Positions 36,451 to 48,125 of a stretch of DNA of 64,000 nt are shown here, piece after piece (position 1 is the stretch's first letter; each line of letters starts with the position of its first letter). A program made the position numbers and the translations under genes. The notes beneath the pieces are model-generated. The model was given only the letters and a program-made list of their open reading frames with translations, was not told the origin of the DNA and ran no database searches. This DNA comes from Penicillus capitatus (Eukaryota; Plantae; Chlorophyta), in assembly GCA_965649825.1 (NCBI GenBank), contig OZ287706.1, positions 372,001 through 436,000 on the forward strand. Direction: 5' to 3'.

Positions 36451-37018
36451 CAGGTGCGATGAATTGAAGACAGTTAGGGAGGGGGCCGCTGCCACAACTT
36501 ACCTTCCGTTCGATTTCCAGTCAACATCACTCCTGACGATGACGTAGGGAAAGTGCACTGGCGGCGCTTTGGCGTCCCCCTGTGCGGCTGAGCAAACCGC
36601 TGAGTGACTCCGCCGCGGACAGCTGTTCGTCGAAGAGCATGTTCAATGGAGACACGTATGATATGGACCAGTCATTCTGAAGACAACAAGCTCGGCCAAT
36701 CGCGTCCCCTTCGGATTAGCTTGTGAACAACGGTATGAACAGCAGCGTCTGGATGGCGGCTGGAAACGACAGCTGTGAAGTTCGCTATACACATGAGGCA
36801 GTTCTCAACAGAGAACGCACCACGTCAGAGACAGGTGCCTCGTTGATTTCAAGGCAGCGTCGCTGTCGATCTGTTTTAGACCCGTCATGTCAAATTCCGT
36901 CCAAAACGTTGGCTAAATGAATGGCCACGCGTCCTTTTCCCACAGCTGACACGCACCCTTGCTACCGACCTCCTTCGCGTCGGTACGCGGCGCTGCGACG
37001 CGGAGTCATCCGTCAGAG

Positions 37019-37025
37019 TATAAAT
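37019..37025 (+). promoter_or_regulatory. TATA box of array copy E
   Basis: TATAAAT 135 bp upstream of ATG 37154. Confidence 0.7.
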
Positions 37026-37153
37026 TCGCTGCGAATCATGCATTTTCACCAACGCACTTTCTCAGCGTAGAAAATTTTGCCTTTCTTTCCTCTCCGAAGA
37101 AATTTAAAGAGCTCGCATACGAACTCAGTTTCTTTCAAAGAAGCTAAGCTACG

Positions 37154-38151
37154 ATGTCGACCAAGGCTATTTCCATTCTCTGCTTGTTGCTCTGCGCTCA
37201 GGCCTTTGCCGTAAGCACTGAACAGTTGACGTTCAGTGTCCCACTTTGTGCACCCTAGGTGCGAAACTTTGCAGGAGTGTCTGTGAGATCGTTGAAGCAA
37301 AGCAGTGCGACGCTTGCGCTCGGTTCGAGCGCAAGTTCCGACTCCCCGGATGGATCCGCTGTGGCTGCTGCTGAGGGAGACATCTCTCTCAGGGGAGCAG
37401 GCACCGTCACTGCCACCATCGAGGCGACAGCCGTTTCCACGGCAGCAGCTCGCAGCGTGCTCATTGAGAGGTTCGCCGCGGCGATCGTTGATGTAGAAGG
37501 CGGTGGACTTGCCCTTGCTATTGCCGAAGTGGAGGCGGCAGCCTATGCTTTCGCCGTTGCCGAGAGTACGGCATCCACTGCCATTACCCTGACATCGACT
37601 GGCCAGGGCGCAATGGCCTGCGCTACCGCTTTCGCAAATGCCACGGCCTCTGCCGATGCTTTTGCTCGAGTTATCGTTGAGGTATGTCGAATCGGCAATG
37701 CTGAGCGACCTGCTCATTTCTGTCGGATATCTAGGTATTCGCTGCAGCATCCAATGATATCAATTTCGCGGATGCCGAAGCCGCGATCGATGCCATTGTC
37801 CAAGTCACGGTTTCTGCTTTCGCTACTGCAGAATCCGAAGCCTGCGGCACGGGTGTCTTCGTCGCCGACACATTCATCGACGTCCTTTCAAGAGCGCTTG
37901 CCGTACCTTACGTCAAAGTCTTCGCTCTGGCGCTCGCCCTCGTTACTCCTGGAGCGGAAATTTCGTTCATCGTTGCCGAGGTCGAAGGCGATGTCTTCCA
38001 AGTGATCACTGTCGACGGACGCACGGCATCCGAAGTATTCGGTCAAGGTAGGCATCACTGCTCATCGACCATTTCTCTAAGTCCTGTTTTCTATATAGCC
38101 CAAGCAGCCTCAGGTGGCGATGCTGGTGCAAATGTCGACACCAGCGGTTAG
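37154..38151 (+). CDS. Secreted Ala-rich array protein, copy E (acidic)
   Basis: MSTKAISILCLLLCAQAFA | VRNFAGVSVRSLKQ...GAMACA...ARVIVE | VFAAASNDINFA...SEACGTG... | AQAASGGDAGANVDTSG-TAG. Confidence 0.9.
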
Positions 38152-40997
38152 AAGATCATCAACACTTGATCTTAGTCTACAACACCGTCCTTCACACTTT
38201 TTTTGAATTTCGCTCACCTGGAAAAGTTGTCTACTTTGCATGAGTTGATGGAGGTGGCGTGGTTAAGACCTAGGATGACACTCGAAGGATATGCGTCTGA
38301 GCAGCAGTAGCTGATAAAACTCATTCGCTGATGAAACGATGACAAGTTCGTTGTTCTCCTTCTCGAGTATTATTGACAGTCGAATGTGTTTCGAGTCATC
38401 GCCTTTTGGCGAGAATGAACTAGTTTTAACAAACGCCTACATACACGCACAAATACGTCTGTCTTTGCGATCACTCGATGCGCGTTCGACGAAAAATGCG
38501 CGGTGGCCAGTTCTCGACGACGAGCCTCGTTGTACGAAACGATGGTATTCGACGACGGATGAAACAAAACGGATACCCGCGCCATCTCTGCCTGACATCG
38601 ACGGCGCGGGAAAAGAAAAGCATCCTGCGACGAGAGAGCTTTTTATGTTCCTCTGGCGACGCCAAAATACGCCAAGTCTGCGAGGCGTTGCATCTCGTCT
38701 CCATTCCTCCCAGATTCGATGCCGGAGGGCTGTTTATTGAGAAGTGTTGGAGATGAGGTGGGTACAATGTCATTCCAGGAGTGAAGTCTGCGCCTCGATT
38801 CAAAGCGACAGGCACCTGTCGACGCTTCCTGATGTGTGTCGGGTCTGGGACTCGTGTCACATGACTAAGGGAAATGAACTGTTTGGACACGTCTATCTGC
38901 AGAACGGGTTCAGAATTCGGACGTTCGATTTACGACTCTCTCTGTAGCGAAGGCAATCCCTTTGGTAATGGACTCTGTGCAGAAAAGAGTTGGTCGGTTT
39001 GGTAGGCGCCTAGGTAATGCATGTCAACAGGAAGATGCGATGGATGTTTAGATGGTCCAGTCATTTCGTTTTTCATGTAACGCTGTGCCTTTCGGTCGTT
39101 GTCTGTCGGATCTGGCAATAGTCTCGTCTCAATGGTGTGACCAGCAATGTCGTGATCTAAACCCGTCTGCTGCGGAGGGTAGAATTTCACCTGTGCCGAA
39201 AACAATGCCGTGCCATTTAACGATCGAATAGCCGGTGCTTGCTCCCTATTGTCCATTTCTCTCTGTCCTTCTAACGATTTCTCTGTGATGTGTACTTTCA
39301 TGTATAGACAACACCTTCATCTAAGACAGGACATCGATGGTTATAGATATTTTGACCTTCTACACGAATTTCGCAGGGTAAGGGTATCTTTCTCAAGAGA
39401 GGCGTCTTTAGAGTTGCCCTCGCCTTCAGCGAGTCGTCGATTCGCAGGTATCCATCAATGTCTGCACAACTGCAACGATTGACGAAACTTCCATTAGCGC
39501 CTTTAAGGTCTGTGAGACCATTCCCTTGTGACGATGAGACGGCGTCAGACCATCGAACGCGACACAGAACTCGACCGCCATCAGTCCTTGCTTCTGGGTC
39601 GTACAACTCATTGCCCCATCTCCTCCAGACAGAGGAAGTAGCAAAACCCTATATCCGCAGATGGGTTACAGCCTATGAGCATCCACATTAAAAAGAGATG
39701 AGTAGTAGCCTTCATGACGCGACGTGTTGATCGTCGTATTCATCGACAGTCAAGGTACGACGAGTTTTCTAACACCTGTAGTCGCCGCTGCCGCTTTCAA
39801 CAGCCAAAGGCAGCCTTCCAACAGAAGCTTGGATCGCCCGAAGAACGTTCTACCCACTCTAACGTACCATCTCAGCAGCTCGCGGCCTTTCTGTCAGACG
39901 TCGCACAAAGGTGGAAGCAACAAGGAAGACGCTGGGGATAACAACTTGTTGCTTGATTGAATACTGAATCTGTCTTGAACCACTCCTCCAATGTTTTAGC
40001 CGAAAATTGATGTAATCCACACCAATTGTATATATTCAGCCTGTGGACATGATAAACGTAAAGAGGAAGGCAGCTGTGGCGAGAAATAACAAACGGTAAG
40101 TATCGCGGATACGAGGGGGTATCGCGTTTTCTTGTCTCTTGTGGCCTCCCCTGAGTTAACAGACCTGTCAAATCGCATGTCTCTTGTAGACGGCGATGAT
40201 GATTTTCACTCGGCACCGTCGCGTTGTCCATGTGCAAAACCACTCCTTCGTTCCGACGCCGAAGCAAGAAAGAATTCTGCTGATGTGAAACTCAGCCAGC
40301 CGTACGTTTGCGCACAGCTTGCAAACGCAACGTTCGCTGCCGAAACCGCAGCGCCGACGGCCTGTCATGCGCCGGGTCGTCATGCGCTCAGAATCACGAG
40401 AACACAACCGTGCCTCGCAGACGGACACGTCGAGACCAGAAAATCCGAATACCTCATATGCATGCACCACCGTGCACTCCGTTTTCCTCGAGCGTGTGCA
40501 GGGAGACGGCGAACTTTGCACGCTGACAGGTAACACTTCTGCGGCACGGTACTCTGCGAGATAGCTTGTCTGAGGCTGCCGCTGAATGCCGTTGTGCTTC
40601 GAAGACGCGTCGACGATAAAAAATCAGCTCCAGAGGCGAACCCGCGGCGCAGTCGGCAATGAAGAAACAGACAGATGCTGACGTTGTTTCCGTGTCGGGT
40701 GGCAACCTTCGCGCCACTGCTCAACAAAGAAGCCGGACAAGTCACCGCGACGAATCGCGTCGCGTCGGTATTCGCTATTCCTTCTCGCCTGCTGACGCAC
40801 TGGACGATTTCCGCTGCGGAGCGTCTCTACTTTTAGCGAAAAGACGTCCGTGCTGAGCGCGGATTGACACAGATGGGGTCTTCTGCTACGAAGACACCGT
40901 CACTGTCGACGCAGACAGATTCCTCTAGGAGGACGCCTGGCTGCCAAAATAAGCAAACGCGAGTTCGGAACAGCGTGGCGGGCAGTACTCGGGCGCA

Positions 40998-41004
40998 TAT
41001 AAAA
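40998..41004 (+). promoter_or_regulatory. TATA box of array copy F
   Basis: TATAAAA 140 bp upstream of ATG 41138. Confidence 0.65.
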
Positions 41005-41137
41005 GCGCATGCCGACCCTGTCTAGACAGTGAACGTATTTACCTGAGTTCGATATTTCTAGTTCTTGTCCGTCCAGTCTGTTCGTCCTTTTTATGCGGTC
41101 AGAGAAGCGCCCGTCAGAACAGCAATTCCAAGTCAAA

Positions 41138-42140
41138 ATGCATTCGAAAGCCGTCGCGGTTCTCTGCTTGTTGTTGTCGATTCAAGCCTACGCGGTACGT
41201 TTCTACGTTTTGGAGTGACCGTTTCGACGTCACGGTTTACAGGCACGGGATTATGCAGTGTTCGCGAGACGGTCCTTGAAACAGAGCGAAGCGAGTGTCA
41301 GCGTCGGTACGGAGGGCTCTAGTCAACAAGGAGGAAGTGCCAACGCCACCGCCAATGCCACAGCGCATCTCGATGGACCCGGCTCCATCAGTGCTTCTGC
41401 ACGCGCGAATGGCAGGGCCGTGATTCGCGTCAGGAGCATGTTTACCAGAGAGACAATCAGAGCCGTCAGCAATGTGATGAACGGCGGAGACGCGCTTGCT
41501 GAGGCCGACATCAGGGCATCCGCTTACGCTGAGGCCGTCGCCGAGGCCTTCTCCGAGACTATCGCCGAAGTTATTTCCACTGGACCGGGTGGCAGTGCCT
41601 GCGCGACGGCCGCAGCTGAGGCCGAGGGATCCGCTTCGACGTTTGCACGTGTTCTGATTGAAGTGCATCGACATGCTCGTTCGTTCTTTTGCTCTGAGTG
41701 TCGTCGTCTGTTTGATAGGTGCTTGCTCGAGCTTCGAATGATATCTCCTTTGCCAATGCCGATGGCGCGATCGAGGCAATGGTTTCTGCGACGGCTAATG
41801 CATTTTCCGAAGCCGATTCCCATGCATGCGGTTCTGGCGATTTTAGCGCGACCACATTCGTCAGCACTCTGTCGACGGCCATCGCGCAGCCGTATGTCGA
41901 CGTTTGCGCTCTGGCCTATGCCATGGTGATGCCAGGAGCCGCAGTGGCAGACATCCTTGTCACGGCAAACGGCGACGTCCTGCAGGTGACCGACAGCGAT
42001 GGGAACTCAGCTACCCAAGTTATAGAAAACGGTAAGCGTATATAGCCTCGATCGCTAATCAATGATTTTTCGTTTTTTCTATAGCGCTTGCCAATTCAGG
42101 AGGTAAAGGTAATTCGACCATCATAGTCACTAGACCTTAG
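41138..42140 (+). CDS. Secreted Ala-rich array protein, copy F
   Basis: MHSKAVAVLCLLLSIQAYA | ARDYAVFARRSLKQ...ASAYAEAVAEAFSETIAEVISTGPGGSACA...ARVLIE | VLARASNDISFA...SHACGSG... | ALANSGGKGNSTIIVTRP-TAG. Confidence 0.9.
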
Positions 42141-44441
42141 AGGCTCATAGTCTATTCTTTAAGCGATCTACGTTTGAACGGGTCTCAGTATTGTCTTTTT
42201 TTGGTTTCAACGTCAGCCTGATAGGACTCTGCGATATGATAGAGTCATTGTGTGGAGAAAACGCTGATGAGGGATCGACATTATTGCAGCAATAGCTGGT
42301 ATTGTCTTCAGTTATACTCACAAGTTCTTCCCTCTGGTATTGTCGTCATTGATTGATCGTCGCTGCCTGTATGAGCAGCAAACGAACGGCCCTTTAACAA
42401 AGCATTTCAGCACTACTGTGCATTTTCACGTCGAGGCGACGATGCCACCGTACGGACTACCGAGACGCAGGCGCCACGCTGACGGGAGACGCTCGGTTTA
42501 CGACGACAAGCATTCTTTACAAAGCAGCCTTGTTCGACATAGCCTTTTGCAGGGAACACTCCATGCAAAGTTCCCTCCCAGTTACTAATCGACGTACGTT
42601 ACCTCGTCATCATGACAACACAGACCGCGTCTTCTTGAAGAGTTCACAGTTCGCCTAGACATCGGGGAGCGCCACGCCGACGGAGTTGCCACCTGTCCGT
42701 GACGTACGCAAACGACGAAGCTGCAGCCGGTTGCCTTAGCCAAGCCGAGCATGGCTCTGGCATGGGACAACGAAAACCGCTTCGTGCAGCTTCGGCGCAT
42801 CCAGACGGCGGGCTTTGCCATACGGAAGCGCCGCGTCGCGGAGGGCGTCTCCATTCGACGTATTGGAAACCCAGGCGGTCGAAGCACCGCGGCGCCGACG
42901 GACTCCATGCTCGGTCTCCGCTATGAACACGCCTGAGCGCAGCGGTCTTCAGGGTGTTCAGGAAAAAGGACATGACATCGTTAGCTGAAAGGAAGGCAGC
43001 TGTCGTCTCGCTTTTCGTCCGAATGCATTCTTCGTTGGGTCGACCCCGTCAAACAGACGACGCGCCGAAGAGGGAGTGAATTACGCGCCGATGGTCCCTT
43101 CCTTCACGACAGGCGCAAAACGAACGCCTTGACGTCGACGTCGGCGGCGGAGAGCTGCGAAGAGATGAAGGTATTTGTTCGTTCGTACAGACAGACCACA
43201 TCTTTCTGGAAAATCGCTCACTTGGTCAACCGAGCCGTAAACGAATGGTTACATCGCATGTTGACAAAACACTGACGTTGGAGCCAGTCTTTAACGACGA
43301 GGGGCTTGCTCGCTGATCTCTCCTCGCGGCAAAACGCATACCATGATGCTGTTTCGTCTGCCCCTGCATGATTGCCTCAACGCCGTCGCTCATGACTAAG
43401 TAACTCAGATGGGGGTTGGTGTAAGGAAGAGTCTTGAAAGCGATTCTTCGCATGCGACAGCGACATGCGCCGATTGGAGAGTCGATTTTCAGCTTCCCAT
43501 CCACTGCTGCATCTGCCCCCCACCAATGCCACTCTAAGCACATCGCTTGCCAAGACATGGACAAAGAGGCACGAGACATCCACAGGGGCTCGGCTGGCGT
43601 CCACTCTCCCATACAGCTGCAAGGATTGGCGACGGCAAGAAAATTGCAGGACCCCGTGTGGCGTCTTTCCTCCGCTGCGATTCGATAGTCGGAGCTGCAG
43701 AACACCCGAACCCGCCGAACACAAGTTTCCGTGCTGGCCTCAGCGTCGCTGTACTGGACGCACGCGTATCGTCTGAGCGGCATTGTACCTTCGACCGATG
43801 TCCCTGTCGCTCGTCGACTGGCTCGTCGAGAAGGCCATTGGTCACTTGCACCTCCGAAGAGCGAATTAGCACGTCTGACGATATCTTCCCCGCAGACGGT
43901 GTTGACCTATATCAGCTTCTCTCCGTTCCAAAAACGAATGGTCTTTGAGGTCATGTCTCCATGACAATCAAATCACTTCGTCGAGAAAGCCAAAGCTCGT
44001 ACGACGCGGCAAAAGGCAGCCGACTAAGGCGCGAACTGAGAAAACGTAGTGAAAAGCGCATGACATAGAACAAACGAACACGCGAATAGCAAGACGCAAA
44101 CCGCGAACAGACAGCTGGCAGCAGCCCGCTACCTGGAAAAACATGGCTGTCATTTGGGCACATGTGAGGAACCTGGAATACGTGTCACCGACTCTGTGAA
44201 ATTCACAGTGCCAGTTGGTATGCTCAGTTCAGACGCGGGACCCATACCGACAGTGGACACGCAGTGCAGTTCCCGACAGTTGTTGAATGCGTGGGCGTTG
44301 TGACAACGGGCCACTCAGAATGCACCTAATGACGTGCTATGCGGCATGATGAGCTGTCATCGTCTTAACACGCGTCACATTGTCTTCCCACCACCTTCCC
44401 GCGGGTTCGGAGCTGCGATGTTGCGGCCGGCGCCGCTCGGG

Positions 44442-44448
44442 TATAAAT
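44442..44448 (+). promoter_or_regulatory. TATA box of array copy G
   Basis: TATAAAT 140 bp upstream of ATG 44582. Confidence 0.7.
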
Positions 44449-44581
44449 TGCGCTCCGACGCAGTCTGTTCAACAACAAGCTTTCCTGAGCGACAAAGTTT
44501 CTTCTATCAGTTAAACGAGCTTACCTGTCCGCTTCGGAGTTTATATCCAAACGCATCTTATCAAGAAAACGTCCAGTTAAG

Positions 44582-45539
44582 ATGGCAACGAAGGCCATTT
44601 CCGTTCTCTGCTTGTTGCTCTGCGCACAAGTCTTCGCCGTATGTTTGTTCGCATGAAGAAGTATGTGTGGTCTAACTGTGTTGCTGAGTGCAGGTGCGCA
44701 ATTTGGAAACGACCGTGTCGAGGTCCTTGAAGCAAACCGAACAGGGAACCAGTGTAAGCATCGATGGGAGTCTAATAATCTCAGAGCCAGGCACAGTCTC
44801 AATTGATGCCACCGCAATTGGAGAAGCCGTAGCCATCGCTCGCAATGCACTTGTTGCCGCATTCGCGACCGCCGTCGCCGACGTCGAAGGCGGCGGAGAC
44901 GCGTTGGCCATCGCCCGCGTGCGAGCAGATGCTTTTGCACTTGCCGTGGCCCAAGCACTGGCCGATACATTCGTCTCTGTCACATCCACTTCTGCCGGAG
45001 CTATCGTCTGTGTGTCGGCCAGTGCCGAGGCTGAGGCGACCGCAACCGCTGTTGCCCGAGTCATCGTCGAGGTAAGCTCCGCACCCCGTTCCAATCTCCA
45101 CCAGCTCATCCATTTCTATCTAGGTCTTCGCGCAAGCATCGAATGACATCAACTTCGCTCAGGCTCAGTTTGCCATTGATGCGATTGCGGTAGCGACGGT
45201 CAGCGCATACGCCGTCTCCGTGACGGAAGTGTGCGGCACTGGAGTGTTCGATGCTGTGGCATACACCAGGATCGTCTCTCAGGCGCTTGCAGTGCCTTTT
45301 GTTGAAGTCTTCGCCATTGCACTCGCACTCGTGACACCAAATGCTGCCATCGCAAATATTCAAGTGGAAGTTGTGTCCGGTGTCCTCAGAGCCACCACTG
45401 TCACTGGTTTCACGGCCGCAGAAGTCGTCGGCAATGGTAAGAGCATCTCCCCTCCCTGTCACATCCACTGACAGTCATTTCGTTTGTTTGTGCAGCCAGA
45501 GCAATCACCGGAGGAGGAGGAGGTGCATCCAACAACTGA
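44582..45539 (+). CDS. Secreted Ala-rich array protein, copy G
   Basis: MATKAISVLCLLLCAQVFA | VRNLETTVSRSLKQ...SAGAIVCV...ARVIVE | VFAQASNDINFA...TEVCGTG... | ARAITGGGGGASNN-TGA. Confidence 0.9.
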
Positions 45540-46737
45540 GCAGGAGGAATGGGCCCAATGCTCTGTGCCTGCTTCGATCCTGACAGCCGTTCTCATACCT
45601 TTTTGACCCTGTTAGTTGATATCTATCTCCAGTTTCCATTATCCAAGCTTATGCTTTTGTTGAACGATGAACGTTAAAGAGGGCTTGATGCCATTCGTCG
45701 AACGATAGTAGACGATTGTCATCATTTGACTCGATGGCTGTCCATCGCTCCCTCTCACAACTACTTCCTAGAGTAACTGAGGCCTCATGCGCCGCCAAAA
45801 CAGTCATGTAATGGCTTAAGCTCTTGGAACATGAATCCCGGTGTTCATTCCTGTGAGCGCAGGAACCCACGCACGCACACTCGTTCGTTCGTCATCACAG
45901 ACCGTTAAGCGTTAGCATTCATCATCCATTTCCATTAAAAACCCAATTCGAAGTGTTCAACACGATCGCGGATACTAATCAGACCTCTGCCAGGGAGACC
46001 AAAACGCATCTCATGTGAACATGTTCAAAGCATGTCACATCAGGACATCGAACAACAGCGAACAACACCGGATGTCATGTAAAGATCTTCTGAATGCTAT
46101 TCGAAATGTCTAAGGCTGTGCGACATCACAAGCACCCAGGCCGAGTCAGGAGTGCAGCAGGTATGCAAGAACAGTGAGCCACAGAGGCATCCTCACATGC
46201 AGCATTCGACATCCAACAGCAGTTCGTGTCCCTTAGCCATACAGCCACCGTCTCATCTTCCCTAGACAATAGAAGGAGGAAAGCGTACACCTACTGATGG
46301 ATTGTGCAGCCCGATGCGCATCCCGCATCGAAATAGATAAAGCTTCAGCCATCCAAAATCTCACCTTCGATGCCGGCAGAACTCTTGCTGGGCTTCTCAG
46401 AGCCTTCGTCCAATTGCCTTGTTTGATGAGCCGCGAGCTGCGGATTTTCTCAGGACACGTTCTCGGCCACTGCTTCGGTTGATGCATTTGGCATGAGGTT
46501 CTGAAGCTGAGCCGCGGCTTCCCGTCCTATCCGTCCCACCGTATTCGCTCAACAGAGGCACTGCATTCAAGATTCCTTCCCCGCAGTGTCTCCATCAGTG
46601 ATGGAACCCATGCCACGTGGTATCCACGATGGTGACGCGCTATTCCATTGGCTGTCTCTTCTCTGCATCGGACGGATCTTCTTGCAGCGTTCTCTTTGTC
46701 ACGTCAGACGAGACAACACCTGTCACAAACCTGTGCG

Positions 46738-46744
46738 TATAAAT
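46738..46744 (+). promoter_or_regulatory. TATA box of array copy H
   Basis: TATAAAT 146 bp upstream of ATG 46884. Confidence 0.7.
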
Positions 46745-46883
46745 TCACGCGAAAGTTCAACACCACGTCAAAGAAATTTTATTACCAGAGTTTACTACCT
46801 TTGTTTGCGCAACTACTAAACTGCTGTTTGGCGAAAGTATTCGCGGAAAGTTTACTCGAAAACTTTTCTCTCTTAGAGCCAAG

Positions 46884-48125
46884 ATGGACCAAAAGATTGC
46901 CGCAGCTTTTTGTCTGCTCTTTCTCGCGCAGGCCTTTGCCGTGAGTCCTCCCCGCCGATGGAAGATTTGTTGGTAGACTCGGACTTTGTGGTGTGTAGAC
47001 TCGAGACATGAGCTATTCTGCCATACGTGCGCTTCTGGACTCCAGAGCCGAATCAAGCACTGGGTTGAATCTTGTGAGCAAAGAGGGAAGCACTGTCAGC
47101 GCTAAAGCAACCGCACAAGCCTTCACAAGGGGAGGAAGGGTGACTGCGCATGCCGAGGCAACGGGAGAAGCTATCACCGAAGTCGCTGATGCATTTGCCA
47201 AAGTCGTTGCCGTCTCAGTCGCCGACGTCAAAGCAGGCGGAGATGTGGTTGCCATTGCCGACGCTACGGCAAAGGCCTACGCAGAGGCGGTGGCTTCGGC
47301 CTATGCCGAGGTCATTGTTGATATCTCGTCCAATTCGAAGACCGGCTCGGCCTGCGCAAGCGGCTTTTCCGACGCCGAAGCTACAGCCACCGCGTTCGCT
47401 CGTGCATTTGTCGAGGTACGCCCTTCCGCATTGATTCGCAGGCCGCGTTTGAAGAATGGTGGATGGTTAGGTCCTCGCTGATGCCTCGGATTCCATAAAT
47501 TTCGCCAACGCGTCTGGCGCAGCGGAGGCAATTTCCGCAGCGACAGCGGAAGCTTACGCAGAGGCTGAAGCAACTGCTTGCGGCGAAGGCGTCTTCCAAG
47601 CGGATGCCATAACGAGCACATTCTCCGAAGCCATTGTTCGCCCCTATGCGTCTGTGTCAGCCAAGGCCTTCGCCGCAGTGGCCAAAGGCTCGGCAACAGC
47701 AACAATTGATATCACTGCTGAATCCTTGGTCGATGAAGAGAACTTTACTGACGGCAATACCGAGGGATCGGCCGGGGGAAAGGGTAAGTTCCAACTGGCA
47801 ACTGTTCCTTACCTTAATGACGGAATATCGCCCTGTAGTGGAAATTGATGCCGGTTCTGGAGGCAGTGCCGAGACAAAAGTGTTGACAGAGTTCTGCGGC
47901 AACGACTTCAACAGCTGCTGCCGACGCCCTCGTTCTAGATGCTCCTGCAGTTCTGGGTAATCATCCTTCCTAGTGCTGTACTCTATGTCATCATTTGGTT
48001 GCTGTAGGTGTTCCGCAGAGCTGGATGAGGAGCTTGGGGCCACCGATAAGTCGTTTGGATACAAGGTCACCCGTAAGGGAAGAAATGCATTCGAAGAAGG
48101 CTATAAATGCATTTGCCCTGTCTAA
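46884..48125 (+). CDS. Secreted Ala-rich array protein, copy H, with 8-Cys C-terminal extension
   Basis: MDQKIAAAFCLLFLAQAFA | TRDMSYSAIRALLDS...KTGSACA...ARAFVE | VLADASDSINFA...ATACGEG... | ...FCGNDFNSCCRRPRSRCSCSS G|CSAELDEELG...GYKCICPV-TAA. The fifth exon is inferred; without it the frame stops at 47960. Confidence 0.85.

Noticed and set aside
38300-40900. Assorted 60-135 aa ORFs in the E-F spacer (and similar ones at 24300-25800 and 42300-44200)
   Set aside because: No signal exon, family motif or consistent splice chain; lengths are as expected by chance at this GC content.
23270-47705. Many minus-strand and alternative-frame ORFs over the array genes (e.g. 23270-23764, 27509-28105, 30700-31263, 37046-37750)
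   Set aside because: Shadows of GCN-rich coding sequence, which lacks stops in other frames. The + strand models have signal peptides and conserved splice sites.
23160-48125. Calling the Ala-rich family spidroins, antifreeze proteins or pherophorins
   Set aside because: The resemblance is compositional only. No spidroin terminal domains, Thr-x-Thr ice-binding periodicity or pherophorin/Pro-rich modules are visible.
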